Source: Hyphomicrobiales bacterium | GTDB taxonomy: Bacteria; Pseudomonadota; Alphaproteobacteria; Rhizobiales; Methylopilaceae | Length of the DNA stretch: 64,000 nt | NCBI GenBank assembly: GCA_022842205.1 | Contig: JALHQA010000005.1 | Coordinates: 81,616-145,615, forward strand | Direction: 5' to 3' | Shown: positions 1 to 8,715 of the stretch, piece after piece | Numbering within the stretch: position 1 is the stretch's first letter | Layout of the letters: the number at the start of each line of letters is the position of its first letter | Position numbers and translations under genes: made by a program | Notes under the pieces: model-generated | Seen by the model: only the letters and a program-made list of their open reading frames with translations | Databases searched by the model: none | Told to the model about the DNA's origin: nothing

Positions 1-1548
1 CTGACCATCCAGGGCGAGATCATGGCCGGGGCCATCGCGGCATCGGCGACCGCGACGTCGGATTCGGATTCGCTGTGGGTCGATCCCGACAAGCTGATGA
101 ACATCTCGCCCTCCGAAATGCTGGGACCGGGTCCGGAGCCGCAGCTCGACAGCCTGGAGTTCCCGATCAATCCCGAGCGCGTGGCGCCGATCCTGCGCCG
201 CCTGATCACGCCGACGCGCACCCGCGCGCGTATTTACGATTCAGGAGGCCAGCTTCTGCTCGACAGCCAGAGCCTGTACGGGCCGGGCGACATTCTCCGC
301 CTCGACTTGCCGCCGCCGCAGGTCGAAAGAAGCAAGCCTTTGCTCGATCGCCTCGTCGACAAGGTGCAGGCGTGGGTTTTTCCGCGCGATCTTCCGACCT
401 ATGAGGAACTGACGGGCGGCGACTATCCGGAAGTGAAGGCGGCGCTTGCCGGTACGCCGACATCGGTCGTGCGCCGCAACAAGCAGAGCGAGATGATCGT
501 GTCCGTCGCGGTGCCGATCCAGCGTTTCCGCACGCCGCAGGGCGCGCTTCTGCTGTCGACGCTCGGCGGCGACATCGACAAGATCGTGCAGGCCGAGCGC
601 CTCGCCATCGTGCGCGTGTTCCTTGTTGCCGCGGCGGTGATGCTGATCCTGTCGCTGTTCCTGTCGTCGACGATAGCAGGCCCGCTGAAGCGGCTCGCGA
701 GCGCGGCCGAGCGCGTGCGCTACCGCATGCACTCGCGCGCCGAATTGCCGGACTTCTCCGATCGTAATGACGAGATCGGGCATCTGTCGACGGCGTTCCG
801 CGACATGACGGATTCGCTCTACAGCCGCATGGAGGCGATCGAGCGCTTCGCCGCCGATGTCGCGCACGAGCTGAAGAACCCGCTGACAAGCCTGCGTTCG
901 GCGGTCGAGACCCTGCCGCTGGCCAAGACCGACGATGCACGAAAGCGCCTGCTCGCGATCATCCAGCACGATGTCCGGCGTCTCGACCGGCTGATCTCCG
1001 ACATCTCCGATGCCTCGCGGCTCGACGCCGAACTGCAGCGCGACGATCTCGATCCGGTCGACATCGGCACCATGCTTGAGACGATCACCCGCACCCAGAA
1101 CGAGGTGAACGGCGAGCACGCCGCCGTCGTGCTCGACATCGCCGAGGGCGCGCGGGGCAAGCTGAAGCTGAAAGGCCACGACCTGAGGCTCGGCCAGGTG
1201 TTCACCAATCTGATCGACAACGCGCTGTCGTTCACGCCCGCGGGCGGGCAGGTGCGCGTCAAGGTGCGCCGCCTCAAGGACGCGATCGAAGTCGAGGTCG
1301 AGGACGACGGCCCGGGCATACGCCCCGACGCGGTCGAGAAAATCTTCGAGCGGTTCTACACCGACCGGCCGGTTGAGGGCTTCGGCCAGAATTCCGGCCT
1401 CGGCCTGTCGATCTCCAAGCAGATCGTCGAGGCGCATGGCGGCACGGTGCGGGCCGAGAACCGCACCTCGCCCGCGCACAAGGGCCGGGACGGCGCGCCG
1501 GAAATTCTCGGCGCGCGCTTTGTCGTCAGGCTGCCGGCCGCGCGGTGA
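1..1548 (+). CDS. chvG: ChvG/ExoS/BvrS-type sensor histidine kinase, 5'-truncated by the window edge
   Basis: The frame is open from nt 1. It has a TM+HAMP region, an H-box 'AADVAHELKNPLTSL' and HATPase motifs ('DDGPGI', 'GLGLSISKQIV'). It sits directly upstream of hprK-EIIA-HPr, the arrangement known for chvG/exoS/bvrS in Rhizobiales. Confidence 0.8.
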   Translation: MTIQGEIMAGAIAASATATSDSDSLWVDPDKLMNISPSEMLGPGPEPQLDSLEFPINPERVAPILRRLITPTRTRARIYDSGGQLLLDSQSLYGPGDILRLDLPPPQVERSKPLLDRLVDKVQAWVFPRDLPTYEELTGGDYPEVKAALAGTPTSVVRRNKQSEMIVSVAVPIQRFRTPQGALLLSTLGGDIDKIVQAERLAIVRVFLVAAAVMLILSLFLSSTIAGPLKRLASAAERVRYRMHSRAELPDFSDRNDEIGHLSTAFRDMTDSLYSRMEAIERFAADVAHELKNPLTSLRSAVETLPLAKTDDARKRLLAIIQHDVRRLDRLISDISDASRLDAELQRDDLDPVDIGTMLETITRTQNEVNGEHAAVVLDIAEGARGKLKLKGHDLRLGQVFTNLIDNALSFTPAGGQVRVKVRRLKDAIEVEVEDDGPGIRPDAVEKIFERFYTDRPVEGFGQNSGLGLSISKQIVEAHGGTVRAENRTSPAHKGRDGAPEILGARFVVRLPAAR

Positions 1549-2042
1549 CCACGATCCACGCCAGCTGTGTCGCGGTGAACGGCACGGGTGTCCTGATCCG
1601 CGGGCCTTCGGGCGCGGGCAAGTCACGCCTCGCGCACAAGATTCTCCTCGCGGCCCCGGCCCATGGCTTCGAGGCCCGGCTCGTCGCCGACGACCGGGTG
1701 GCTCTTGGCGTCACGGACGGCAAAGTTTTCGCAGCGGCCCCGGACGGGCTGAAGGGGCTGATCGAGGTGCGGGGCCTCGGAATTGTGCGGGTGCCGTATG
1801 TGGAACAGGCGCCGGTCGGCCTTGCTATCGATCTGACGGAACAGGGGGAAATCCCCCGTATGCCGGACATCAAACAGTCAACGACAAGCCTTCAGGGCGT
1901 CATATTGCCGCGAGCCTTCGCGCTCACACCGGAAAACGGTTTAGAGGTATTATTAATTCTAATTGGCCAGTCTAATGCCAAGCTCGAATCGGAAATGCCC
2001 CTTGCATCTGTAAGATTTGATGGAAAGACTGAGCGCCCTTGA
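1545..2042 (+). CDS. hprK: HPr kinase/phosphorylase, short alphaproteobacterial form
   Basis: N-terminus 'IHASCVAVNGTGVLIRGPSGAGKS' carries a Walker A motif, and 'GLIEVRGLGI' is present. There is a 4-nt overlap with the chvG stop codon. Confidence 0.85.
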   Translation: MTTIHASCVAVNGTGVLIRGPSGAGKSRLAHKILLAAPAHGFEARLVADDRVALGVTDGKVFAAAPDGLKGLIEVRGLGIVRVPYVEQAPVGLAIDLTEQGEIPRMPDIKQSTTSLQGVILPRAFALTPENGLEVLLILIGQSNAKLESEMPLASVRFDGKTERP

Positions 2043-2088
2043 AGCCGCGTCCGGCGTCCCGACATATATCGGACGTCCTGAGGAGCTG

Positions 2089-2490
2089 ATGATCGGCATA
2101 GTCCTCGTGACCCACGGTAATCTAGCATGCGAGTTCCGTTCTGCGCTCGAGCATGTCGTGGGCCCCCAGCAGCAGATAGAGACCATCACCATCGGTCCTG
2201 ACGACGATATGGAAAATCGCCGCCAGGACATCATGGATGCGTGCGCGCGCGCCGACAGCGGCGAGGGCGTCGTGGTGTGCACCGACATGTTCGGCGGCAC
2301 CCCGTCGAACCTCGCCATTTCCTGCATGAACGGCCGCAAGATCGAGGTCGTCGCGGGCATCAACCTGCCGATGCTGATCAAGCTCGCATCCGTGCGCGAC
2401 GAAGTCGGCCTTACCGAAGCCGTGGCCCAGGCCCAGGACGCGGGACGGAAATACATTTCCGTCGCCAGCCGCGTTCTGGCCGGCAAATGA
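2089..2490 (+). CDS. PTS EIIA component, mannose family
   Basis: 'MIGIVLVTHGNLACEF...' is a typical EIIA(Man) N-terminus with the phosphorylatable His. The start was chosen at the internal ATG 2089, after 'gaggag'. The position between hprK and HPr fits. Confidence 0.8.
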   Translation: MIGIVLVTHGNLACEFRSALEHVVGPQQQIETITIGPDDDMENRRQDIMDACARADSGEGVVVCTDMFGGTPSNLAISCMNGRKIEVVAGINLPMLIKLASVRDEVGLTEAVAQAQDAGRKYISVASRVLAGK

Positions 2491-2801
2491 TCGAGCAGTA
2501 CGGCCGGCCGGGAAAACCTGCGACCGGCGGCACCATCACCCGGGACATCATGATCACCAACAAGCGCGGCCTGCATGCCCGCGCTTCGGCGAAGTTCGTC
2601 CAGACGGTCGAGCTCTACCAGACGCATGTCACGGTTCAGAAGGGCAGCGATACGGTCGGCGGTACCTCGATCATGGGACTGATGATGCTGGCGGCGGGGC
2701 CCGGCTCGATGATCCGCGTCACCGCCAAGGGCTATGAGGCGCGCGAATGCCTCGATGCTCTGGAAGAGCTTCTGAGCGACAAGTTCGGCGAAGGCGAGTA
2801 G
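2487..2801 (+). CDS. ptsH: HPr/NPr-like phosphocarrier protein
   Basis: Contains 'ITNKRGLHARASAKFV' (active-site His region) and 'GGTSIMGLMMLAAGPG'. An ATGA start/stop overlap with the EIIA gene occurs at 2487-2490. Confidence 0.85.
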   Translation: MIEQYGRPGKPATGGTITRDIMITNKRGLHARASAKFVQTVELYQTHVTVQKGSDTVGGTSIMGLMMLAAGPGSMIRVTAKGYEARECLDALEELLSDKFGEGE

Positions 2802-2987
2802 GCCGGCGGGCGCACGGCCGATGCCGGCAGCCGCGTCTTTCTGCCAGGTACTTACGCGATGACACCGGGCGCGCCGCCGCATCGCCCGAGATCGCCCGCG
2901 AATTTTGCGCGTCCACGCAAATCGGTGCTTCCGCAAGCGCTCTCCAGGCATGTAAGTTGAGGAACCCCTAACTTTTTCAGGAGTCCG

Positions 2988-4775
2988 ATGCACAACACGC
3001 CGCTCATTGCCACCATCGTCGCCGGGCTCGGCATTGCGTTCATTTTCGGCACCATTGCGCACCGGTTGAGACTGCCGCCGATCGCCGGCTATCTGCTCGC
3101 CGGCGTTCTGATCGGACCGTTCACGCCGGGCTTCGTCGCCGATCAGGAACTGGCGATGGAACTGGCGGAGATCGGCGTCATCCTGCTGATGTTCGGCGTC
3201 GGGCTGCATTTCTCGCTGAAGGACCTGATTTCCGTGCGGGCGATCGCGGTGCCGGGCGCCGTGGTGCAGATCGGCTGCGCCACGCTTCTCGGCATGGGTC
3301 TTGGGTGGGCGATGGGGTGGGGCGTCAGCGCCGGCATCGTCCTCGGGCTGTGCCTGTCGACGGCCTCGACCGTCGTGCTGCTCAAGGCGATGCAGGACAA
3401 TCGCCTGCTCGAAACCGAACGCGGGCGTATCGCCGTCGGCTGGCTGATCGTCGAAGACCTCGCAATGGTACTGACGCTGGTGTTGCTGCCGGCGCTCTCG
3501 ACGCTGATGGGCGGCCGCGCGGGCGATACCGAGGTCCATGAACTCGCCGGCCTTGTCGGCGTGCTCGGCCCGCTCAGCCTGTGGCAGACGCTGGCTTTCA
3601 CGGGCCTCAAGGTTCTGGCCTTTGTCGCGCTGATGATCGTGGTCGGCCGCCGCGTCGTACCCTGGGCGCTGCATTACATTGCCCATACGGGCTCACGCGA
3701 GCTTTTCCGCCTCGCGGTGCTGGCGATCGCGCTCGGCATCGCCTTCGGCTCGGCGCAGCTGTTCGGCGTCTCGTTCGCGCTCGGCGCATTCTTCGCCGGC
3801 ATGATTCTGGCGGAAAGCCAGCTGTCGCATCAGGCGGCGCAGGAAACGCTGCCGCTGCGCGATGCGTTCGCGGTGCTGTTCTTCGTTTCGGTGGGCATGC
3901 TGTTCGACCCGAGCATCCTGGTGACCAGCCCGTTTGCGGTGATCGGAACCGTGTTCATCATCGTGCTCGGCAAATCGCTCGCGGCCTACGGCATCGTCCG
4001 GCTGTTCGGTTATACGTACAAGACGGCGCTGACGATTTCGGTCTCGCTGGCGCAGATCGGCGAATTCGCCTTCATCCTTGCCGCGCTCGGCGTGTCGCTT
4101 GCTCTGCTGCCGACCGAAGGCCGCGACCTCATTCTCGCCGGCGCCATCCTCTCGATCCTGCTCAATCCGTTCCTGTTCACGCTGCTGCAGCGCTACTATC
4201 CGAAGAGCGAGCCAAAGGTCTCGGCCGACGAGAGCGTGCCGGCCGACGAGGACAAGCCCGGCCCGCCTGTCTCCGATGTCGCCAACACCGCCGTGCCGGA
4301 CATGACGCTGACGAAGCACGCCGTCGTCATCGGGTATGGACGGGTCGGCAAGATCGTCGTCGATGCGCTGCAGCATGCCGGTATCCCGATGGTGGTGACG
4401 GATGAACGGCCGGAAGCGGTCGAGCATCTGAGAAAGCGCGGCATTCCCGCGTTGTCGGGCAATGCCGCCGAACGCGGCATGCTGGCGGCGACCAATCTCA
4501 AGGAAGCGAACTGGTTCGTCTCGGCCATTCCGAGTCCGTTCGAGGCCGGGAACCTGATCGAGCATGCGCGCGCCGAGAACCCCGATCTCGACATCATTGC
4601 CCGGGCGCATTCCGACGCCGAGGTCGAGTATCTGGAAAAGGCCGGCGCCAGCCGCGTCATCATGGGCGAGCGCGAGATCGCGTTTGCGATGATATCGTAC
4701 ATACTCGGACATGAGCCGGAGCCGATGGATGCGACGCCCTCCTCGCCGCCGCCGGAATACAACCCCGCGCAATAG
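2988..4775 (+). CDS. CPA2-family cation:proton antiporter (YbaL/KefB-like) with C-terminal TrkA-N/RCK domain
   Basis: The 595-aa protein has about 12 hydrophobic segments, followed by 'VVIGYGRVGKIVVDAL', a Rossmann GxGxxG motif. Confidence 0.85.
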   Translation: MHNTPLIATIVAGLGIAFIFGTIAHRLRLPPIAGYLLAGVLIGPFTPGFVADQELAMELAEIGVILLMFGVGLHFSLKDLISVRAIAVPGAVVQIGCATLLGMGLGWAMGWGVSAGIVLGLCLSTASTVVLLKAMQDNRLLETERGRIAVGWLIVEDLAMVLTLVLLPALSTLMGGRAGDTEVHELAGLVGVLGPLSLWQTLAFTGLKVLAFVALMIVVGRRVVPWALHYIAHTGSRELFRLAVLAIALGIAFGSAQLFGVSFALGAFFAGMILAESQLSHQAAQETLPLRDAFAVLFFVSVGMLFDPSILVTSPFAVIGTVFIIVLGKSLAAYGIVRLFGYTYKTALTISVSLAQIGEFAFILAALGVSLALLPTEGRDLILAGAILSILLNPFLFTLLQRYYPKSEPKVSADESVPADEDKPGPPVSDVANTAVPDMTLTKHAVVIGYGRVGKIVVDALQHAGIPMVVTDERPEAVEHLRKRGIPALSGNAAERGMLAATNLKEANWFVSAIPSPFEAGNLIEHARAENPDLDIIARAHSDAEVEYLEKAGASRVIMGEREIAFAMISYILGHEPEPMDATPSSPPPEYNPAQ

Positions 4776-4863
4776 CCCAGCGCCTTTCGCCGGCTTTCGC
4801 TGCTGGCGGAACCTTCGTTGCCGCCGGGCCGTTGTCCCTTCTGCAAAGAGAAGGAGTCTGCCG

Positions 4864-5082
4864 ATGGGCCAGAAAACGAACCCGGAAAAAGCCAAGTCTG
4901 ACCGCAGCCTGATCGAGGGCGGCGAGGACTATCCGGTTCGCGAGCTTGCGGTGGCGACGGGCATTTCCGTCGATGAGGCGGAAGCCCTTGCCGAGAAGCA
5001 CGGCGCGGCGAGCGACGAGGCCGCTCTCGAAGCGCGACAGATGCAGCAGGACGAGGCCCGGGAAGACGGCGCCGAACGCTGA
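4864..5082 (+). CDS. small acidic hypothetical protein (72 aa)
   Basis: ATG at 4864 is preceded by 'agaaggag'. The ORF ends 12 nt before a strong hairpin. No family was recognised with confidence. Confidence 0.4.
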   Translation: MGQKTNPEKAKSDRSLIEGGEDYPVRELAVATGISVDEAEALAEKHGAASDEAALEARQMQQDEAREDGAER

Positions 5083-5093
5083 TCGCTTCCCGG

Positions 5094-5131
5094 TATTTTT
5101 ACGCCGCCGCCGGCCAAGGGCGGCGGCGTTC
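5094..5131. terminator. bidirectional rho-independent terminator between convergent genes
   Basis: Perfect 11-bp stem 'acgccgccgcc' (5101-5111) / 'ggcggcggcgt' (5119-5129) with a 7-nt loop. 'tattttt' lies on the left flank and 'ttcgt' on the right. Confidence 0.65.
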
Positions 5132-5141
5132 GTATGTCACG

Positions 5142-5963
5142 TCACACGAGCGCCGTAACCCGGCCGTTGCCGTTCATCGCGCATCGCACCTGCGCCTGCC
5201 GGATCAGGGTGGCCCCGCCTTTGCCCGGGTAGAGGATACGAACGGTGACGGGAGCGATCACGCCGCCGTCTGCTGTCGCGGATATGCGGCCGGCGCTTGC
5301 AGCGGTCACCGACAGCGCGGCGTATTCACGCGCGGCCGTGGCGGCGGCGACACGACATGCCTGTACGATAGGTTCAGGCGTTCCTTCGCGGACATCGAAA
5401 TCCGGCGTGCCCGGTGCGCCCATGTCCGCCGCCGCTCCCGATCCGAGAGTCACCCTCTCGCAGTCGGCGCGGGCCGGGCATCGGGCACCGTCGCGCTCCG
5501 GCAGTGGCAACAGCCAGAGCGGCAGGGCAGGCGCAGCGAGGCCGCGCGAGGGCGCATCGATGGCGGCCGCTTGCGATGCGTCGGCCGGTGCGGCCGACTG
5601 GGACGATCCCGCGCTGACGGAAAGGCCAGCGCCAGCTGCGCCGACGGTCGCCGACAGACCGCCGCGCGAAACCGACGCTCCCGTATTGACGCTCCCGGCG
5701 TTGGCCGACGCGGATACGCCGCCCGCGCCGAGCGAAGCGCCCGCCGACACATTCCGTCCCACCGAAACGTCCGCCGATATGCCGCGGCGGCCCACCGACA
5801 CGCCCGCCGAAACACCGTCACGCTTGGATGAGGACGCGGATGAAGACGATGTGCTTGTGCTCTTGCCGCCGCGCTTGCCGCCGAGTCCAAGGCCCAGGGC
5901 ATCGGCCTGTGTGGCGCCGACGAAAGTCAGCACCACGCATCCCGCAATAAACTTCGTCAGCAT
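5142..5963 (-). CDS. secreted protein with degenerate Gly/Ser/Val tandem repeats and a Cys-containing C-terminal domain
   Basis: The signal peptide is 'MLTKFIAGCVVLTFVGATQADA'. About seven degenerate 10-11-aa repeats follow, of the type 'G[VIL]SAxVSVGRx'. The start was set at the internal ATG 5963. Confidence 0.5.
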   Translation of the reverse strand: MLTKFIAGCVVLTFVGATQADALGLGLGGKRGGKSTSTSSSSASSSKRDGVSAGVSVGRRGISADVSVGRNVSAGASLGAGGVSASANAGSVNTGASVSRGGLSATVGAAGAGLSVSAGSSQSAAPADASQAAAIDAPSRGLAAPALPLWLLPLPERDGARCPARADCERVTLGSGAAADMGAPGTPDFDVREGTPEPIVQACRVAAATAAREYAALSVTAASAGRISATADGGVIAPVTVRILYPGKGGATLIRQAQVRCAMNGNGRVTALV

Positions 5964-6050
5964 CTTTGTATCTCCGTCATGCCGGAGACTCAATGACGAC
6001 GCGGCGCGAGCGTTCCCGACGATGCGAGGATTGATTGCGTGGCGGCGGGG

Positions 6051-6515
6051 TCAGGGCCGCAATGCGTCGGGCAGCGTGATGCGCGGCGCGGCCGGCTTTT
6101 TCCGTGCCGCCGGAGGTTTGCGCGGCTCGGCGGCGGCGGCGCGTCCGCTCTGCAGCGGAGGCGCGGATTTTTTTACCGGCGGAGATTGTTCCGGCGCTAT
6201 CTCCGCCGTTGCCGGCTCGGCGGGTGGCGGATCTTCTGCGGCCGGGGCATCCGGCGAGAGCGCAGCGGACGCCGCAGGGGCCAGCGGCGGGGCATGCGGC
6301 AGAACGTAAGGTGCACGTTCCGGTACCGCGAAATCGGGCACAGGATTCCTGTCGTAGGTCGCGGGCCCAAAGCTCCTGTCTTCCATTGCTTGCTGCAAGC
6401 GCTCGCGCGCGCTCTGCAACTGCGCTTCGGTCGGTCGCGGCTGTGCGAGGGCGGGTGCTGCGAAGACCGCAAACACCCACGCCGCGAGAACAACGCTTTC
6501 TGCTACCCGAAACAC
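6051..6515 (-). CDS. secreted Pro/Ala-rich hypothetical protein
   Basis: The signal peptide is '[25 protein letters not shown]', followed by a low-complexity Pro/Ala-rich tail. It has the same orientation as, and lies 87 nt upstream of, the repeat protein gene. Confidence 0.45.
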   Translation of the reverse strand: MFRVAESVVLAAWVFAVFAAPALAQPRPTEAQLQSARERLQQAMEDRSFGPATYDRNPVPDFAVPERAPYVLPHAPPLAPAASAALSPDAPAAEDPPPAEPATAEIAPEQSPPVKKSAPPLQSGRAAAAEPRKPPAARKKPAAPRITLPDALRP

Positions 6516-6662
6516 CGCCGCATCCTCTTTTGCCTATTCTGTGAGTCGAATGCGGCAAGAACGGTTCCATGCAGCGCGCGGTTTTCGTGCGATCGGCAAG
6601 TAATTACCGGGTCAATTTGCGCGAAAACCGGCCAGGGACCATTGAAACCGAACCTCTGTGAC

Positions 6663-6687
6663 AGAACCATTCGGGCAGCGCGGTGTT
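6663..6687 (+). promoter_or_regulatory. candidate EcfG (general stress sigma) promoter for csbD
   Basis: 'aGAAC'(6663-6667)-N16-'tGTT'(6684-6687) matches the alphaproteobacterial consensus GGAAC-N16/17-CGTT at 7 of 9 positions. It lies about 30 nt upstream of the csbD ATG, with SD 'aagggaga' in between. Confidence 0.3.
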
Positions 6688-6716
6688 GTTCTTCCAGCAG
6701 ACAAGGGAGAACCGAC

Positions 6717-6914
6717 ATGGACAGCGACAGGATTTCCGGAAAACTGAAAGAGATGCGCGGCAAGATCCAGGCGAAGTGGGGCGAACTTACCGACGACGAT
6801 CTCGACGTCATTGAAGGCAACCGCGAACAGCTCGAAGGCAAGCTGCAGGCCCGCTACGGCTATGAGAAGGACCGCGCCCGCAAGGAAGTGGACGAGCTTC
6901 TCGACGCGGTGTGA
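6717..6914 (+). CDS. csbD: CsbD-family general stress protein
   Basis: '[62 protein letters not shown]' is the canonical CsbD pattern. Confidence 0.85.
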   Translation: MDSDRISGKLKEMRGKIQAKWGELTDDDLDVIEGNREQLEGKLQARYGYEKDRARKEVDELLDAV

Positions 6915-6977
6915 CCGCCGCAGAAATGACAGCCCGCTCCGCGCATGCGGGCGGGCTTTTCCTTTGGAGGACCCGCG

Positions 6978-7160
6978 ATGACGGAAGAAAACGAGGGCCA
7001 CGCAGCGGACACGGCGCGGCGCGAACGCGAAAAGGCGCTGGGCCAGGACAAGAGCGGCACGAAGGAACGCCAGCCCAATCCCGAGGCCGAAGACGACATC
7101 CGCGACGAGGCGGCGGACCGCGCCGCAAGCGCCGCCATCGGCCACAAGCCGTCAGGCTGA
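6978..7160 (+). CDS. small acidic hypothetical protein (60 aa), possibly stress-associated
   Basis: ATG at 6978 follows 'ggagga'. The protein is charged and disordered-looking and lies directly downstream of csbD. Confidence 0.35.
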   Translation: MTEENEGHAADTARREREKALGQDKSGTKERQPNPEAEDDIRDEAADRAASAAIGHKPSG

Positions 7161-7189
7161 TCCACGGGGTCTCGGCCGGCGTTTCCCGA

Positions 7190-7312
7190 TTACGCGGGGA
7201 CGACGGTGGCGATGACGGTCATGCCGCCGCTTTGCGACGGCGCGGATGTCGCGACGACAACCGCGAGCGCCAGGGTCACCGCGAGCATCAGAATATTGCC
7301 AAGGGAAACCAT
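7190..7312 (-). CDS. possible 40-aa hydrophobic/secreted peptide
   Basis: Hand translation gives 'MVSLGNILMLAVTLALAVVVATSAPSQSGGMTVIATVVPA*', with 'gagg' 6 nt upstream of the ATG. It is below the ORF-track length cutoff and has no homology support. Confidence 0.2.
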   Translation of the reverse strand: MVSLGNILMLAVTLALAVVVATSAPSQSGGMTVIATVVPA

Positions 7313-7416
7313 CGCAAGCCTCGTTCCAAACAACAGGTACAATGCGACCGGGGCGTTTTGGTTCTGTCATAAGGCAGCGGTGGCCGCAGACCTGCCGCCT
7401 GCGTCGCGCATGACCG

Positions 7417-7974
7417 CTAGCCCGCGCGCACCGGCTTCGCCGGAACGCCCGCGACCGTTGTGCCGGGCGCGACGTCCTTTGTAACGACAGCTCCGGCCGC
7501 GATGATGGCGTCGTCGCCGACCGTGACCCCGGGCAGGATGATGGCCCCGCCACCGATCCAGACATTTTTCCCGATATGAATTTCGCGCCCGTTCTCGAGG
7601 CCGGATTTCCGCACCTCCGGATCGCGCGGATGGTCGGCGGTCAGGATCTGCACGCCGGGGCCGATCTGCGTGTGGTCGCCGATCGTCACCGCCACCACGT
7701 CGAGGATCACGCAGTTGAAGTTGAGAAAGACGCCGTGGCCGAGGCTGATGTTGAAGCCGTAGTCGCAATGGAAGGGCGGGCGGATGGTCGCGCCGTGGCC
7801 GACAGCCTTGAACAGCTCGCGCAGAACGGCGCGGCGCTCCCCGGACGTCGCCGCCAGCATGGCGTTGTAGCGCGCCATCCACTGATGCGCGTGTTTCAGA
7901 TCGGCCTGAAGCTCCGGGTCGTTTGCATTGTACAGCTCGCCCGCGAGCATTTTCTGTTTTTCGGTGAGGGTCAT
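7417..7974 (-). CDS. maa: maltose/galactoside O-acetyltransferase (left-handed beta-helix, hexapeptide repeats)
   Basis: N-terminal Mac domain 'MTLTEKQKMLAGELYNANDPEL...ARYNA', followed by hexapeptide repeats ('IGDHTQIGPGVQI', 'IGKNVWIGGGAIILPGVTVGDDAIIAAGAVV'). Confidence 0.85.
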   Translation of the reverse strand: MTLTEKQKMLAGELYNANDPELQADLKHAHQWMARYNAMLAATSGERRAVLRELFKAVGHGATIRPPFHCDYGFNISLGHGVFLNFNCVILDVVAVTIGDHTQIGPGVQILTADHPRDPEVRKSGLENGREIHIGKNVWIGGGAIILPGVTVGDDAIIAAGAVVTKDVAPGTTVAGVPAKPVRAG

Positions 7975-8487
7975 AGGGCGAGGTTATAGGGCGGATTTTC
8001 AGCAGAGATATAGGCGCGCGACATCCGCTTCCGTGTTTGGAAGCTCGACGACCCAAATCGAAGCCCCTTTGGAGGGGCGCGCGGGACGCGGGGAGATTGA
8101 CCGCTCCCTCGGCGGTTCGGTGAAGTGCAGAGAAGCACCGAACCAGTTTGTACTCACCTCGGGGAGTCGTTCTCACGACGTCGGGCGCGGTGTGTGAGGC
8201 TTGCTGCCGAGGGCCCCTGGAGGACATTGGCTTGTTCTCCTCCATTGGCGGCCTCATCGACCTGCGTGTCCCGTTGGTACGGGTCCCACATCAGGTCACC
8301 AAGGGAGGCCTCGCGCCCCCGCAGGGGGGAGCAGGACCATCGGCCTTGGGCCTCCGGTTTCGGGCTGCGAACCCTCGACCGGCCACCGCACTTCCAATCC
8401 GCAACCAGAACGCCTCATGACCGCGCCCTCCGTGATTGAAAGCACGCCCCGTGTAACACGATATAGGAATAAAGTCAATGGTAGTTT

Positions 8488-8715
8488 TCACGTCCTCGGC
8501 GCACGCAATCTCAGGCCAGCGCTGCGGCCTCGGCATTTCGTGCAAACCAGCTTGGAAGCCAGATCATTGTGCATTGAGCTGTGGCCGCGACCGAGTTTGC
8601 GGGCCAGTTCGATGAGACGAAGTTCGGCATGGTGTCGGCAGGCTGTGTTGTAGCAATAGGCGTTCAAGCCGTAGCCGTGATCAATCAGGCTGCCGATGGT
8701 GTTATGGGCGTTCAT
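8488..8715 (-). CDS. small Cys-pair (zinc-ribbon-like) hypothetical protein
   Basis: 75 aa with 'CYNTAC' ... 'CTKCRG'. The architecture resembles small Cys-pair proteins I recall as common in Rhizobiales accessory DNA. No functional assignment. Confidence 0.4.
   Translation of the reverse strand: MNAHNTIGSLIDHGYGLNAYCYNTACRHHAELRLIELARKLGRGHSSMHNDLASKLVCTKCRGRSAGLRLRAPRT

Noticed and set aside
5245-6309. A 354-aa plus-strand ORF spanning both secreted-protein genes.
   Set aside because: It is extremely Ala/Arg/Pro/Ser-rich with no start context. The minus-strand models have proper signal peptides and ribosome-binding contexts. Strand assignment should still be verified by GC3 frame analysis.
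8085-8112. On the minus strand, 'agggagcggtcaatctcccc' resembles the cobalamin-riboswitch core as I recall it (GGGAA..GGUG.AA.UCC).
   Set aside because: No B12 box (GCCACUG-like) or the other conserved helices could be found nearby. The downstream gene (maa) has no link to cobalamin. This is most likely chance similarity in GC-rich DNA.
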